Shown here: in pieces, positions 1-13,200 of the stretch | Numbering within the stretch: position 1 is the stretch's first letter | Layout: each line of letters starts with the position of its first letter | Assembly (NCBI GenBank): GCA_032718475.1 | Contig: JAUCBJ010007283.1 | Location: 1-39,180, forward strand | Reading direction: 5' to 3' | From: Nemertoderma westbladi | Lineage: Eukaryota > Animalia > Xenacoelomorpha | Length of the DNA stretch: 39,180 bases | The notes under the pieces: generated by a model | Databases searched by the model: none | What the model was told of the DNA's origin: nothing | Seen by the model: the letters and a program-made list of their open reading frames with translations, nothing else | Program-made: the position numbers and the translations under genes

Positions 1-3000
1 TATAAATATCGATTGTCTGTCAGTCAGTCAGTCTGTCTGTGTGTTTGTCATCGGCTATACAATCGAACCCATCTCGATGAAATCTCGCTTGCTATAGCTC
101 GTTAGAAAGGTCTCGCCCTAACTCGTTGCAACGTAATACTCAGAGTCGTCTGAAGTTCGCCCGTCTGCCGCTAGAGGGCGATTTTCGTGATTTTCGGGCG
201 AAATTTATCGAATTATTTCGGTTCTTCTATCGGTAATTAATGATTTAGAGGGCTAACATTTATCCCACCTGGTATAAAATTAACATGGGTAGATTCGCCG
301 TGTCCCATTCTCACAAAGTATTTATTTTATTCGAGTGTTTAATATAAATATGTATGATTATTTATTGATTAAAAAACAAATAGTGTATAAATATGTCATA
401 TTCGCCAAGCACGATCGAATTGGCCTATTGTTATTGAATAGGGAAGGATTGTTTTCTGTAGCAACCTTAAGGTAATTATTGAACTCGCAGCTAGCTGGCT
501 GGGCACAGATAAGGAGCAAGCAGGCTGGAGTGTTGATTGGGGTGGGTTTGGGTTGTAGTAATTCTGCTTTCTCAATCATTGGCTGCATGGAAGGAGAGGT
601 TTATAACATTTTTGTTTTACTGTTATGAATATTAAAAGTAAAAATAATTATTTCTATAGGCCTATACTTACTGTATTATTATGTTATCTAATATTATACA
701 TCTAATCTCGATGAAATCTCGCTTACTATAGCTCGTTAGATAGGTCTCGCCCTAACTCGTTGCAACGTAATACTCAGAGCCGTCTGAAGTTCCCCCGTCT
801 GCCGCTAGAGGGCGAATTATCCGATAGTGAAAACCTGATCTTATTGGGTTGTTTTTAATGCTTTTGAGCTGAAACTTGGTAGCTATATACTGCAGCATAG
901 GCTGTATATTTCCGGAGTCACTGGGTGGTCTACAGTTCCCCAGTCTACCGTTAGAGTGCTAAATGTCTGAGAGATAACATCTTCTCCAACTTTATTATTT
1001 ACAATCCGTTTTGACTGAAACTTGGTAGGCATCTACTACAGCATAGGCTGAATCTTTACTGAGTCGCAGAGTCGTCTACAATTTCCCAGTCTACCGCTAG
1101 AGGGCGAAATGTCTGCAAGTTAACATCTTCTCCAACTTTGTTATTTATAATCCATTTAGACTGAACTTGGTAGGCATCTACTACAGCATAGGCTATATCT
1201 TTACTGAGTCGCGCAGAGTTGTCTACAGTACCCGCGTCTGCCGCTAGAGGGCGAAATGTATGAAAGTTAACATCTTCTCCAACTTTGTTATTTACAATCC
1301 TTTTAGACTGAAACTTGGTAGGCATCTACTATAGCATAGGCTATATCTTTGCGGAGTAGTAGAGTCGTCTACAGTTCCACAGTCAGACGCAAGAGGGCGA
1401 ATTGTCTGATAGTGAAAACCTCATCCCATTTGGTTCTTTTTAATCCTTTTGAGCTGAAACTTGGCAGGTATCTACTACATCCTAGGCTCTATCTTTACGG
1501 AGTTGCAGAGTCCTATACACTTCCCCAGTCTACCGCTAGAGGGTGAAATGTCTGAAAATTAACATCTTCTCCAACTTTGTTATTTACAAACGGTTTAGAC
1601 TGAAACTTGGTAGGCATCTACTACAGCATAGGCTCTACCTTTACGGAGTCGCAGAGTTGTATACAGTTCCCCTATCTGCCGCTAGAGGGCGAATTGTCTG
1701 ATAGTGAACACCTCATCCCAATTGGTTCTCTTTAATCCCTTTGAGCTGAAACTTGGCAGGAATCTACTGCAGCATATTCTGTATCTTTACGGAGTCCCAG
1801 AGTCGTCTACAGTTCTTCAGTCTACCGCTAGAAGTCTGAATGTGAACATCTACACCAATTTTGTTATTTACAATCTGTTTAAGCTGAAACTTGAAAGGCA
1901 GGCATTTTACTTCACCATAAACCCCACCTTTACCAAACTGCAGCGCCGTCTGCATTTCACCAGTCCGCAGGTAGAGGGTGGATCTGAAAGTGATCATTTT
2001 CTGGAAATTTTGTTATTTACAATCTGACTAAAGTTGAAACTTGACAGTTATCTCTTATGGGGGTGGTGTTTTATTTAATGATGGTGTCTGTTCCGTATGC
2101 AGTTCTCCAATCTCCCACACATATTCATATATCATCTGCACGTGCACTAGAAAGCTGTGGCCCGAAGGGCCACAGGCTTTCTAGTCTAATATATATAAAT
2201 CTCGATGCTGTCTGTCTGTCTGTCTGTCTGTTTGTCATCAGCTATACAATCGAACCCATCTCGATGAAATCTCGCTTGCTATAGCTCGTTAGAAAGGTCT
2301 CGCTCTAACTCGTTGCAACGTAATACTCAGAGTCGTCTGAAGTTCACCCGTCTGCCGCTAGAGGGCGATTTTCGTGATTTTCGGGCGAAATTTATCGAAT
2401 TATTTCGGTTCTTCTATCGGTAATTAATTATTTAGAGGGCTAACATTTATCCCATCTGGTATAAAATTAACATGAGTAGATTCGCCGTGTCCCATTCTCA
2501 CAAAGTTTTTATTTTATTCGAGTGTTTAATATAAATATGTATGATTATTTATTGATTAAAAACCAAATAGTGTATAAATATGTCATATTCGCCAAGCACG
2601 ATCGAATTGGCCTATTCTTAGTGCTGTAGTGAATATAGGGAAGGATTTTTTTCTGTATCATAGCAACGTTAAGGTAATTATTGAAATCGCAGCTAGCTGG
2701 GCACAGATAAGGAGCAAGCCAGGCTGTAGTGTTGATTGGGGTGGGTTTGGGTTGTCTGTTGCGAACTGCTCAAGTGTAATTCTGCTTTCTCAATCATTGG
2801 CTGCATGGAAGGAGAGGTTTATAACATTTTTGTTTTACTGTTATGAATATTAAAAGTAAAATAATTATTTCTGTAGGCCTATACTTACTGTATTATTATT
2901 TTATCTAATATTATACATCTAATCTCGATGAAATCTCGCTTACTATAGCTCGTTAGATAGGTCTTGCCCTAACTCGTTGCAACGTAATACTCAGAGCCGT

Positions 3001-6000
3001 CTGAAGTTTCCCCATCTGCCGCTAGAGGGCGAATTGTCCGATAGTGAAAACCTGATCTCATTGGGTTGTTTTTAATGCTTTTGAGCTGAAACTTGGTAGC
3101 TATATACTGCAGCATAGGCTGTATATTTCCGGAGTCACTGAGTTGTCCACAGTTCCCCAGTCTACCGTTAGAGGGCTAAATGTCTGAGAGTTAACATCTT
3201 CTCCAACTTTGTTATTTACAATCCGTTTAGACTGAAACTTGGTAGGCATCTACTACAGCATAGGCTGTATCTTTACTGAGTCGCAGAGTCGTCTACAATT
3301 CCCCAGTCTACCGCTAGAGGGCGAAATGTCTGAAAGTTAACATCTTCTCCAACTTTGTTATTTATAATCCATTTAGACTGAACTTGGTAGGCATCTACTA
3401 CAGCATAGGCTATATCTTTACTGAGTCGCGCAGAGTTGTCTACATTACCCGCGTCTGCCGCTAGAGGGTGAAATGTATGAAAGTTAACATCTTCTCCAAC
3501 TTTGTTATTTACAATCCTTTTAGACTGAAACTTGGTAGGCATCTACTATAGCATAGGCTATATCTTTGCGGAGTAGTAGAGTCGTCTACAGTTCCACAGT
3601 CAGCCGCTAGAGGGCGAATTGTCTGATAGTGAAAACCTCATCCCATTTGGTTCTTTTTAATCATTTTGAGCTGAAACTTGGTTGGTATCTACTACATCAT
3701 AGGCTGTATCTTTACGGGGTTGCAGAATCCTATTCACTTCCCCAGTCTACCGCTAGAGGGTGAAATGTCTGAAAGTTAACATCTTCTACAACTTTGTTAT
3801 TTACTAACGGTTTAGACTGAAACTTGGTAGGCATCTACTACAGCATAGGCTGTACCTTTACGGAGTCACAGCGTTGTATACAGTCCCCCCATCTGCCGCT
3901 AGAGGGCGACATATCTGATAGTGAACACCTCATCCCATTTGGTTCTTTTTAATTCTATTGAGCTGGAACTTGGCAGGAATCTACTACAGCATATTCTGTA
4001 TCTTTACGGAGTCCCAGAGTCGTCTACAGTTCTTCAATCTACCGCTAGAGGGTGAAATGTCTGAATGTGAACATCTACACCAATTTTGTTATTTACAATC
4101 TGTTTAAGCTGAAACTTGAAAGGCAGGCATTTTACTTCACCATAAACCCCATCTTTACCAAACTGCAGCGCCGTCTGCATTTCACCAGTCCGCAGGTAGA
4201 GGGTGGATCTGAAAGTGATCATTTTCTGGAAATTTTGTTATTTACAATCTGCCTAAAGTTGAAACTTTCTATTGCGAATTGCTCAAGAGTAATTAATTCT
4301 GCTTTCTCAATCATTGGCTGCATGGAAGGAGAGGTTTATAACATTTTTGTTTTACTGTTATGAATATTAAAAGTAAAATAATTATTTCTGTAGGCCTATA
4401 CTTACTGTATTATTATTTTATCTAATATTATACATCTAATCTCGATGAAATCTCGCTTACTATAGCTCGTTAGATAGGTCTCGCCCTAACTCGTTGCAAC
4501 GTAATACTCAGAGCCGTCTGAAGTTCCACCGTCTGCCGCTAGAGGGCGAATTATCCGATAGTGAAAACCTGATCTTATAGGGTTGTTTTTAATGCTTTTG
4601 AGCTGAAACGTGGTAGCTATATACTGCAGCATAGGCTGTATATTTCCGGAGTCACTGGGTTGTCTACAGTTCCCCAGTCTACCGTTAGAGGGCTAAATGT
4701 CTGAGAGTTAACATCTTCTCCAACTTTATTATTTACAATCCGTTTTGACTGAAACTTGGTAGGCATCTACTACAGCATAGGCTGAATCTTTACTGAGTCG
4801 CAGAGTCGTCTACAATTTCTCAGTCTACCGCTAGAGGGCGAAATGTCTGCAAGTTAACATCTTCTCCAACTTTGTTATTTATAATCCATTTAGACTGAAC
4901 TTGGTAGGCATCTACTACAGCATAGGCTATATCTTTACTGAGTCGCGCAGAGTTGTCTACAGTACCCGCGTCTGCCGCTAGAGGGCGAAATGTATGAAAG
5001 TTAACATCTTCTCCAACTTTGTTATTTAGAAACCTTTTAGACTGAAACTTGGTAGGCATCTACTATAGCATAGGCTATATCTTTGCGGAGTAGTAGAGTC
5101 GTCTACAGTTCCACAGTCAGCCGCAAGAGGGCGAATTGTCTGATAGTGAAAACCTCATCCCATTTGGTTCTTTTTAATCCTTTTGAGCTGAAACTTGGCA
5201 GGTATCTACTACATCCTAGGCTCTATCTTTACGGAGTTGCAGAGTCCTATACACTTCCCCAGTCTACCGCTAGAGGGTGAAATGTCTGAAAGTTACCATC
5301 TTCTCCAACTTTGTTATTTATAATCCATTTAGACTGAACTTGGTAGGCATGTACTACAGCATAGGCTATATCTTTACTGAGTCGCGCAGAGTTGTCTACA
5401 TTACCCGCGTCTGCCGCTAGAGGGCGAAATGTATGAAAGTTAACATCTCCTCCAACTTTGTTATTTACAATCCTTTTAGACTGAAACTTGGTAGACATCT
5501 ACTATAGCATAGGCTATATCTTTGTGGAGTAGTAGAGTCGTCTACAGTTCCACAGTCAGCCACAAGAGGGCGAATTGTCTGATAGTGAAAACCTCATCCC
5601 ATTTGGTTCTTTTTAATCCTTTTGAGCTGAAACTTGGCAGGTATCTACTACATCCTAGGCTCTATCTTTACGGAGTTGCAGAGTCCTATACACTTCCCCA
5701 GTCTACCGCTAGAGGGTGAAATGTCTGAAAGTTACCATCTTCTCCAACTTTGTTATTTATAATCCATTTAGACTGAACTTGGTAGGCATGTACTACAGCA
5801 TAGGCTATATCTTTACTGAGTCGCGCAGAGTTGTCTACATTACCCGCGTCTGCCGCTAGAGGGCGAAATGTATGAAAGTTAACATCTCCTCCAACTTTGT
5901 TATTTACAATCCTTTTAGACTGAAACTTGGTAGGCATCTACTACAACATAGGCTGTACCTTTACAGATTCGCAGAGTTGTATACAGTCCCCCCCTTTGAC

Positions 6001-6512
6001 GCTAGAGGGCGAAATATCTAATAGTGAACACCTCATCCCATTTGGTTCTTTTTAATCCTATTGAGCTGGAACTTGGCAGGAATCTACTACAGCATATTCT
6101 GTATCTTTACGGAGTCCTAGAGTCGTCTACAGTTCTTCAGTCTACCGCTAGAGGGTGAAATGTTTGAATATGAACATCTACACCAATTTTGTTATTTACA
6201 ATCTGTTTAAGCTGAAACTTGAAAGGCAGGCATTTTACTTCACCATAAACCCCATCTTTACCAAACTGCAGCGCCGTCTGCATTTCACCAGTCCGCAGGT
6301 AGAGGGTGGATCTGAAAGTGATCATTTTCTGGAAATTTTGTTATTTACAATCTGCCTAAAGTTGAAACTTGACAGTTATCTCTTATGGGGGTGGTGTTTT
6401 ATTTAATGATGGTGTCTGTTCCGTATGCAGTTCTCAAATCTCCCACACATATTCATATATCATCTGCACGTGCACTAGAAAGCTGTGGCCCGAAGGGCCA
6501 CAGGCTTTCTAG

Positions 6513-8729
6513 TCTAATATATATAAATATCGATTGTCTGTCTGTCTGTCTGTGTGTTTGTCATCGGCTATACAATCGAACCCATCTCGATGAAATCTCG
6601 CTTGCTATAGCTCGTTAGAAAGGTCTCGCCCTAACTCGTTGCAACGTAATACTCAGAGCCGTCTGAAGTTCGCCCGTCTGCCGCTAGAGGGCGATTTTCG
6701 TGATTTTCGGGCGAAATTTATCGAATTATTTCTGTTCTTCTATCGGTAATTAATGATTTAGAGGGCTAACATTTATCCCACCTGGTATAAAATTAACATG
6801 GGTAGATTCGCCGTGTCCCATTCTCACAAAGTTTTTATTTTATTCGAGTGTTTAATATAAATATGTATGATTATTTATTGATTAAAAATCAAATAGTGTA
6901 TAAATATGTCATATTCGCCAAGCACGATCGAATTGGCCTATTGTCTATTGAATAGGGAAGGATTGTTTTCTGTATCATAGCAACGTTAAGGTAATTATTG
7001 AACTCGCAGCTAGCTGGCTGGGCACAGATAAGGAGCAAGCAGGCTGGAGTGTTGATTGGGGTGGGTTTGGGTTGTCTATTGCGAATTGCTCAAGAGTAAT
7101 TACTGCTTTCTCAATCATTGGCTGCATGGAAGGAGAGGTTTATAACATTTTTGTTTTACTGTTATGAATATTAAAAGTAAAATAATTATTTCTGTAGGCC
7201 TATACTTAACTGTATTATTATTTTATCTAATATTATACATCTAATCTCGATGAAATCTCGCTTACTATAGCTCGTTAGATAGGTCTCGCCCTAACTCGTT
7301 GCAACGTAATACTCAGAGCCGTCTGAAGTTCCCCGTCTGCCGCTAGGGGCGAATTGTCCGATAGTGAAAACCTGATCTCATTGGGTTGTTTTTAATGCTT
7401 TTGAGCTGAAACTTGGTAGCTATATACTGCAGCATAGGCTGTATATTTCCGGAGTCACTGGGTTGTCTACAGTTCCCCAGTCTACCGTTAGAGGGCTAAA
7501 TGTCTGAGAGTTAACATCTTCTCCAACTTTGTTATTTACAATCCGTTTAGACTGAAACTTGGTAGGCATCTACTACAGCATAGGCTGTATCTTTACTGAG
7601 TCGCAGAGTCGTCTACAATTCCCCAGTCTACCGCTAGAGGGCGAAATGTCTGAAAGTTAACATCTTCTCCAACTTTGTTATTTATAATCCATTTAGACTG
7701 AACTTGGTAGGCATCTACTACAGCATAGGCTATATCTTTACTGAGTCGCGCAGAGTTGTCTACATTACCCGCGTCTGCCGCTAGAGGGCGAAATGTATGA
7801 AAGTTAACATCTTCTCCAACTTTGTTATTTACAATTCTTTTAGACTGAAACTTGGTAGGCATCTACTATTGCATAGGCTATATCTTTGCGGAGTAGAAGA
7901 ATCGTCTACATTTCCACAATCAGCCGCTAGAGGGCGAATTGTCTGATAGTGAAAACCTCATCTCATTTGGTTCTTTTTAATCATTTTGAGCTGAAACTCG
8001 GCAGGTATCTACTACATCATAGGCTGTATCTTTACGGAGTTGCAGAGTCCTATACACTTCCCCAGTCTACCGCTAGAGGGTGAAATGTCTGAAAGTTAAC
8101 ATCTTCTCCAACTTTGTTATTTACTAACGGTTTAGACTGAAACGTGGTAGGCATCTACTACAACATAGGCTGTACCTTTATGGAGTCGCAGAGTTGTATA
8201 AAGTCCCCCCATCTGACGCTAGAGGGCGAAATATCTGATAGTGAACACCTCATCCCATTTGGTTCTTTTTAATCCTATTGAGCTGGAACTTGGCAGGAAT
8301 CTACTACAGCATATTCTGTATCTTTACGGAGTCCTAGAGTAGTCTACAGTTCTTCAGTCTACCGCTAGAGGGTGAAATGTTTGAATGTGAACATCTACAC
8401 CAATTTTGTTATTTACAATCTGTTTAAGCTGAAACTTGAAAGGCAGGCATTTTACTTCACCATAAACCCCATCTTTACCAAACTGCAGCGCCGTCTGCAT
8501 TTCACCAGTCCGCAGGTAGAGGGTGGATCTGAAAGTGATCATTTTCTGGAAATTTTGTTATTTACAATCTGCCTAAAGTTGAAACTTGACAGTTATCTCT
8601 TATGGGAGTGGTGTTTTATTTAATGATGGTGTCTGTTCCGTATGCAGTTCTCAAATCTCCCACACATATTCATATATCATCTGCACGTGCACTAGAAAGC
8701 TGTGGCCCGAAGGGCCACAGGCTTTCTAG
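6513..8729 (+). mobile_element. Representative complete Helitron-like unit (2217 bp)
   Basis: Order: TC start, (TGTC)n, ~110-bp module, ~520-bp AT-rich segment, second copy of the module, about 8 x 146-bp repeats, 3' hairpin, CTAG. Other complete units: 12435-15093 (2659 bp) and 15094-17090 (1997 bp). Confidence 0.85.
7340..8520 (+). repeat. Internal 146-bp tandem repeat with CTCF-like motif (present in every unit)
   Basis: CCGCTAGAGGGCG or a close variant at 7340, 7485, 7631, 7778, 7924, 8070, 8216, 8362 (spacing 145-147); second conserved box CTGAAACTTGG in each monomer. Confidence 0.9.
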
Positions 8730-9787
8730 TCTAATATATATAAATATCGATTGTCTGTCTGTCTGTGTGTTTGTCATCGGCTATACAATCGAACCCATCT
8801 CGATGAAATCTCGCTTGCTATAGCTCGTTAGAAAGGTCTCGCCCTAACTCGTTGCAACGTAATACTCAGAGCCGTCTGAAGTTCGCCCGTCTGCCGCTAG
8901 AGGGCGATTTTCGTGATTTTCGGGCGAAATTTATCGAATTATTTCGGTTCTTCTATCGGTAATTAATGATTTAGAGGGCTAACATTTATCCCACCTGGTA
9001 TAAAATTAACATGGGTAGATTCGCCGTGTCCCATTCTCACAAAGTTTTTATTTTATTCGAGTGTTTAATATAAATATGTATGATTATTTATTGATTAAAA
9101 ATCAAATAGTGTATAAATATGTCATATTCGCCAAGCACGATCGAATGGGCCTATAGTTATTGAATAGGGAAGGATTGTTTTCTGTATCATAGCAACGTTA
9201 AGGTAATTATTGAACTTGCAGCTAGCTGGCTGGGCACAGATAAGGAGCGAGCAGGTTGGAGTGTTGATTGGGGTGGGTTTGGGTTGTCTATTGCGAATTG
9301 CTCAAGAGTAATTCTGCTTTCTCAATCATTGGCTGCATGGAAGGAGAGCTTTATAACATTTTTGTTTAACTGTTATGAATATAAAAAGTAAAATAATTAT
9401 TTCTGTAGGCCTGTACTTACTGTATTATTATTTTATCTAATATTATACATCTAATCTCGATGAAATCTCGCTTACTATAGCTCTTTAGATAGGTCTCGCC
9501 CTAACTCGTTGCAACGTAATACTCAGAGCCGTCTGAAGTTCCCCCGTCTGCCGCTAGAGGGCGAATTGTCCGATAGTGAAAACCTGCTCTCATTGGGTTG
9601 TTTTTAATGCTTTTGAGCTGAAACTTGGTAGCTATATACTGCAGCAGCAGCATAGGCTGTATATTTCCGGAGTCACTGAGTTGTCCACAGTTCCCCAGTC
9701 TACCGTTAGAGGGCTAAATGTCTGAGAGTTAACATCTTCTCCAACTTTGTTATTTACAATCCGTTTAGACTGAACTTGGTAGGCATC

Positions 9788-10287
9788 ACAGTGACATCAT
9801 GGCACCTGTTTGAATTTCCCTCTACTAAATTCAGAAACTAACCCAATCCAAATTTTCGGTCTTAAAGTTCGTAATACGAAGTTTAAGACCTTTTATTTGG
9901 TCTTAAAGTTCGTAATACGAAGTTTAAGACCTTTTATTTGGTCTTAAAGTTCGTAATACGAAGTTTAAGACCTTTTATGGTCTTAAAGTTCGTAATACGA
10001 AGTTTAAGACCTTTTATTTGGTCTTAAAGTTCGTAATACGAAGTTTAAGACCTTTTATTTGGTCTTAAAGTTCGTAATACGAAGTTTAAGACCTTTTATT
10101 TGGTCTTAAAGTTCGTAATACGAAGTTTAAGACCTTTTATGGTCTTAAAGTTCGTAATACGAAGTTTAAGACCTTTTATTTGGTCTTAAAGTTCGTAATA
10201 CGAAAATTAAGACCTTTTTTGGTCTTAATATTCGTTTCAAGCAAAATTAAAAAAATATTACCTAAGTGGCCCTTCAGTGCCACCATA
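9788..10287. mobile_element. 500-bp foreign insert in the Helitron array; probable fragment of a non-autonomous DNA element
   Basis: Unit sequence breaks after GGTAGGCATC (9787) and resumes at GGGCACAGA (10288), an earlier position in the unit. Insert ends ...GTGGCCCTTCAGTGCCACCATA; no short TSD seen. Confidence 0.6.
9858..10235. repeat. Palindromic 41/39-bp tandem repeat, 9 copies plus a partial
   Basis: Unit GGTCTTAAAGTTCGTAATACGAAGTTTAAGACC + TTTTATTT or TTTTAT; starts at 9858, 9899, 9940, 9979, 10020, 10061, 10102, 10141, 10182. Confidence 0.95.
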
Positions 10288-13200
10288 GGGCACAGATTAG
10301 GAGCAAGCAGGCTGGAGTGTTGATTGGGGTGGGTTTGGGTTGTCTGTTGCCAATTGCTCAGAGTAATTCTGTTTTCTCAATCATTGGCTGCATGGAAGGA
10401 GAGGTTTATAACATTTTTGTTTTACTGTTATGAATATTAAAAGTAAAATAATTATTTCTGTAGGCCTATACTTACTGTATTATTATTTTATCTAATATTA
10501 TACATCTAATCTCGATGAAATCTCGCTTACTATAGCTCGTTAGATAGGTCTCGCCCTAACTCGTTGCAACGTAATACTCAGAGCCGTCTGAAGATCCACC
10601 GTCTGCCGCTAGAGGGCGAATTATCCGATAGTGAAAACCTGATCTTATAGGGTTGTTTTTAATGCTTTTGAGATGAAACGTGGTAGCTATATACTGCAGC
10701 AAGGCTGTATATTTCCGGAGTCACTGGGTTGTCTACAGTTCCCCAGTCTACCGTTAGAGGGCTAAATGTCTGAGAGTTAACATCTTCTCCAACTTTATTA
10801 TTTACAATCCGTTTTGACTGAAACTTGGTAGGCATCTACTACAGCATAGGCTGAATCTTTACTGAGTCGCAGAGTCGTCTACAATTTCCCAGTCTACCGC
10901 TAGAGGGCGAAATGTCTGCAAGTTAACATCTTCTCCAACTTTGTTATTTATAATCCATTTAGACTGAACTTGGTAGGCATCTACTACAGCATAGGCTATA
11001 TCTTTACTGAGTCGCGCAGAGTTGTCTACAGTACCCGCGTCTGCCGCTAGAGGGCGAAATGTATGAAATTTAACATCTTCTCCAACTTTGTTATTTACAA
11101 ACCTTTTAGACTGAAACTTGGTAGGCATCTACTATAGCATAGGCTATATCTTTGCGGAGTAGTAGAGTCGTCTACAGTTCCACAGTCAGCCGCAAGAGGG
11201 CGAATTGTCTGATAGTGAAAACCTCATCCCATTTGGTTCGTTTTAATCCTTTTGAGCTGAAACTTGGCAGGTATCTACTACATCCTAGGCTCTATCTTTA
11301 CGGAGTTGCAGAGTCCTATACACTTCCCCAGTCTACCGCTAGAGGGTGAAATGTCTGAAAGTTACCATCTTCTCCAACTTTGTTATTTATAATCCATTTA
11401 GACTGAACTTGGTAGGCATCTACTACAGCATAGGCTATATCTTTACTGAGTCGCGCAGAGTTGTCTACATTACCCGCGTCTGCCGCTAGAGGGCGAAATG
11501 TATGAAAGTTAACATCTCCTCCAACTTTGTTATTTACAATCCTTTTAGACTGAAACTTGGTAGACATCTACTATAGCATAGGCTATATCTTTGTGGAGTA
11601 GTAGAGTCGTCTACAGTTCTACAGTCAGCCGCTAGAGGGGGAATTGTCTGATAGTGAAAACCTCATCCCATTTGGTTCTTTTTAATCATTTTGACCTGAA
11701 ACTTGGCAGGTATCTACTACATCATAGGCTGTATCTTTACGGAGTTGCAGAGTCCTATACACTTCCCCAGTCTACCGCTAGAGGGTGAAATGTCTGAAAG
11801 TTAACATCTTCTCCAACTTTGTTATTTACTAACGGTTTAGACTGAAACTTGGTAGGCATCTACTACAACATAGGCTGTACCTTTACGGATTCGCAGAGTT
11901 GTATACAGTCCCCCCATTTGACGCTAGAGGGCGAAATATCTGATAGTGAACACCTCATCCCATTTGGTTCTTTTTGATCCTATTGAGCTGGAACTTGGCA
12001 GGAATCTACTACAGCATATTCTGTATCTTTACGGAGTCCTAGAGTCGTCTACAGTTCTTCAGTCTACCGCTAGAGGGTGAAATGTTTGAATATGAACATC
12101 TACACCAATTTTGTTATTTACAATCTGTTTAAGCTGAAACTTGAAAGGCAGGCATTTTACTTCACCATAAACCCCATCTTTACCAAACTGCAGCGTCGTC
12201 TGCATTTCACCAGTCCGCAGGTAGAGGGTGGATCTGAAAGTGATCATTTTCTGGAAATTTTGTTATTTACAATCTGCCTAAAGTTGAAACTTGACAGTTA
12301 TCTCTTATGGGGGTGGTGTTTTATTTAATGATGGTGTCTGTTCCGTATGCAGTTCTCAAATCTCCCACACATATTCATATATCATCTGCACGTGCACTAG
12401 AAAGCTGTGGCCCGAAGGGCCACAGGCTTTCTAGTCTAATATATATAAATATCGATTGTCTGTCTGTCTGTCTGTCTGTGTGTTTGTCATCGGCTATACA
12501 ATCGAACCCATCTCGATGAAATCTCGCTTGCTATATCTCGTTAGAAAGGTCTCGCCCTAACTCGTTGCAACGTAATACTCAGAGCCGTCTGAAGTTCGCC
12601 CGTCTGCCGCTAGAGGGCGATTTTCGTGATTTTCGGGCGAAATTTATCGAATTATTTCGGTTCTTCTATCGGTAATTAATGATTTAGAGGGCTAACATTT
12701 ATCCCACCTGGTTTAAAATTAACATGGGTAGATTCGCCGTGTCCCATTCTCACAAAGTTTTTATTTTATTCGAGTGTTTAATATAAATATGTATGATTAT
12801 TTATTGATTAAAAATCAAATAGTGTATAAATATGTCATATACGCCAAGCACGATCGAATTGGCCTATAGTTATTGAATAGGGAAGGATTGTTTTCTGTAT
12901 CATTGCAACGTTAAGGTAATTATTGAACTCGCAGCTAGCTGGCTGGGCACAGATAAGGAGCAAGTCAGGTTGGAGTGTTGATTGGGGTGGGTTTGGGTTG
13001 TCTGTTGCGAATTGCTCAGAGTAATTCTGCTTTCTCAATCATTGGCTGCATGGAAGGAGAGGTTTATAACATTTTTGTTTTACTGTTATGAATATTAAAA
13101 GTAAAATAATTATTTCTGTAGGCCTATACTTACTGTATTATTATTTTATCTAATATTATACATCTAATCTCGATGAAATCTCGCTTACTATAGCTCGTTA

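Noticed and set aside
525-555. G-quadruplex at GGGGTGGGTTTGGG
   Set aside because: Only three G3 tracts; not a canonical intramolecular G4.
9858-10235. CRISPR-like palindromic repeats
   Set aside because: Spacers are only 6-8 bp and invariant; no cas genes; eukaryotic context.
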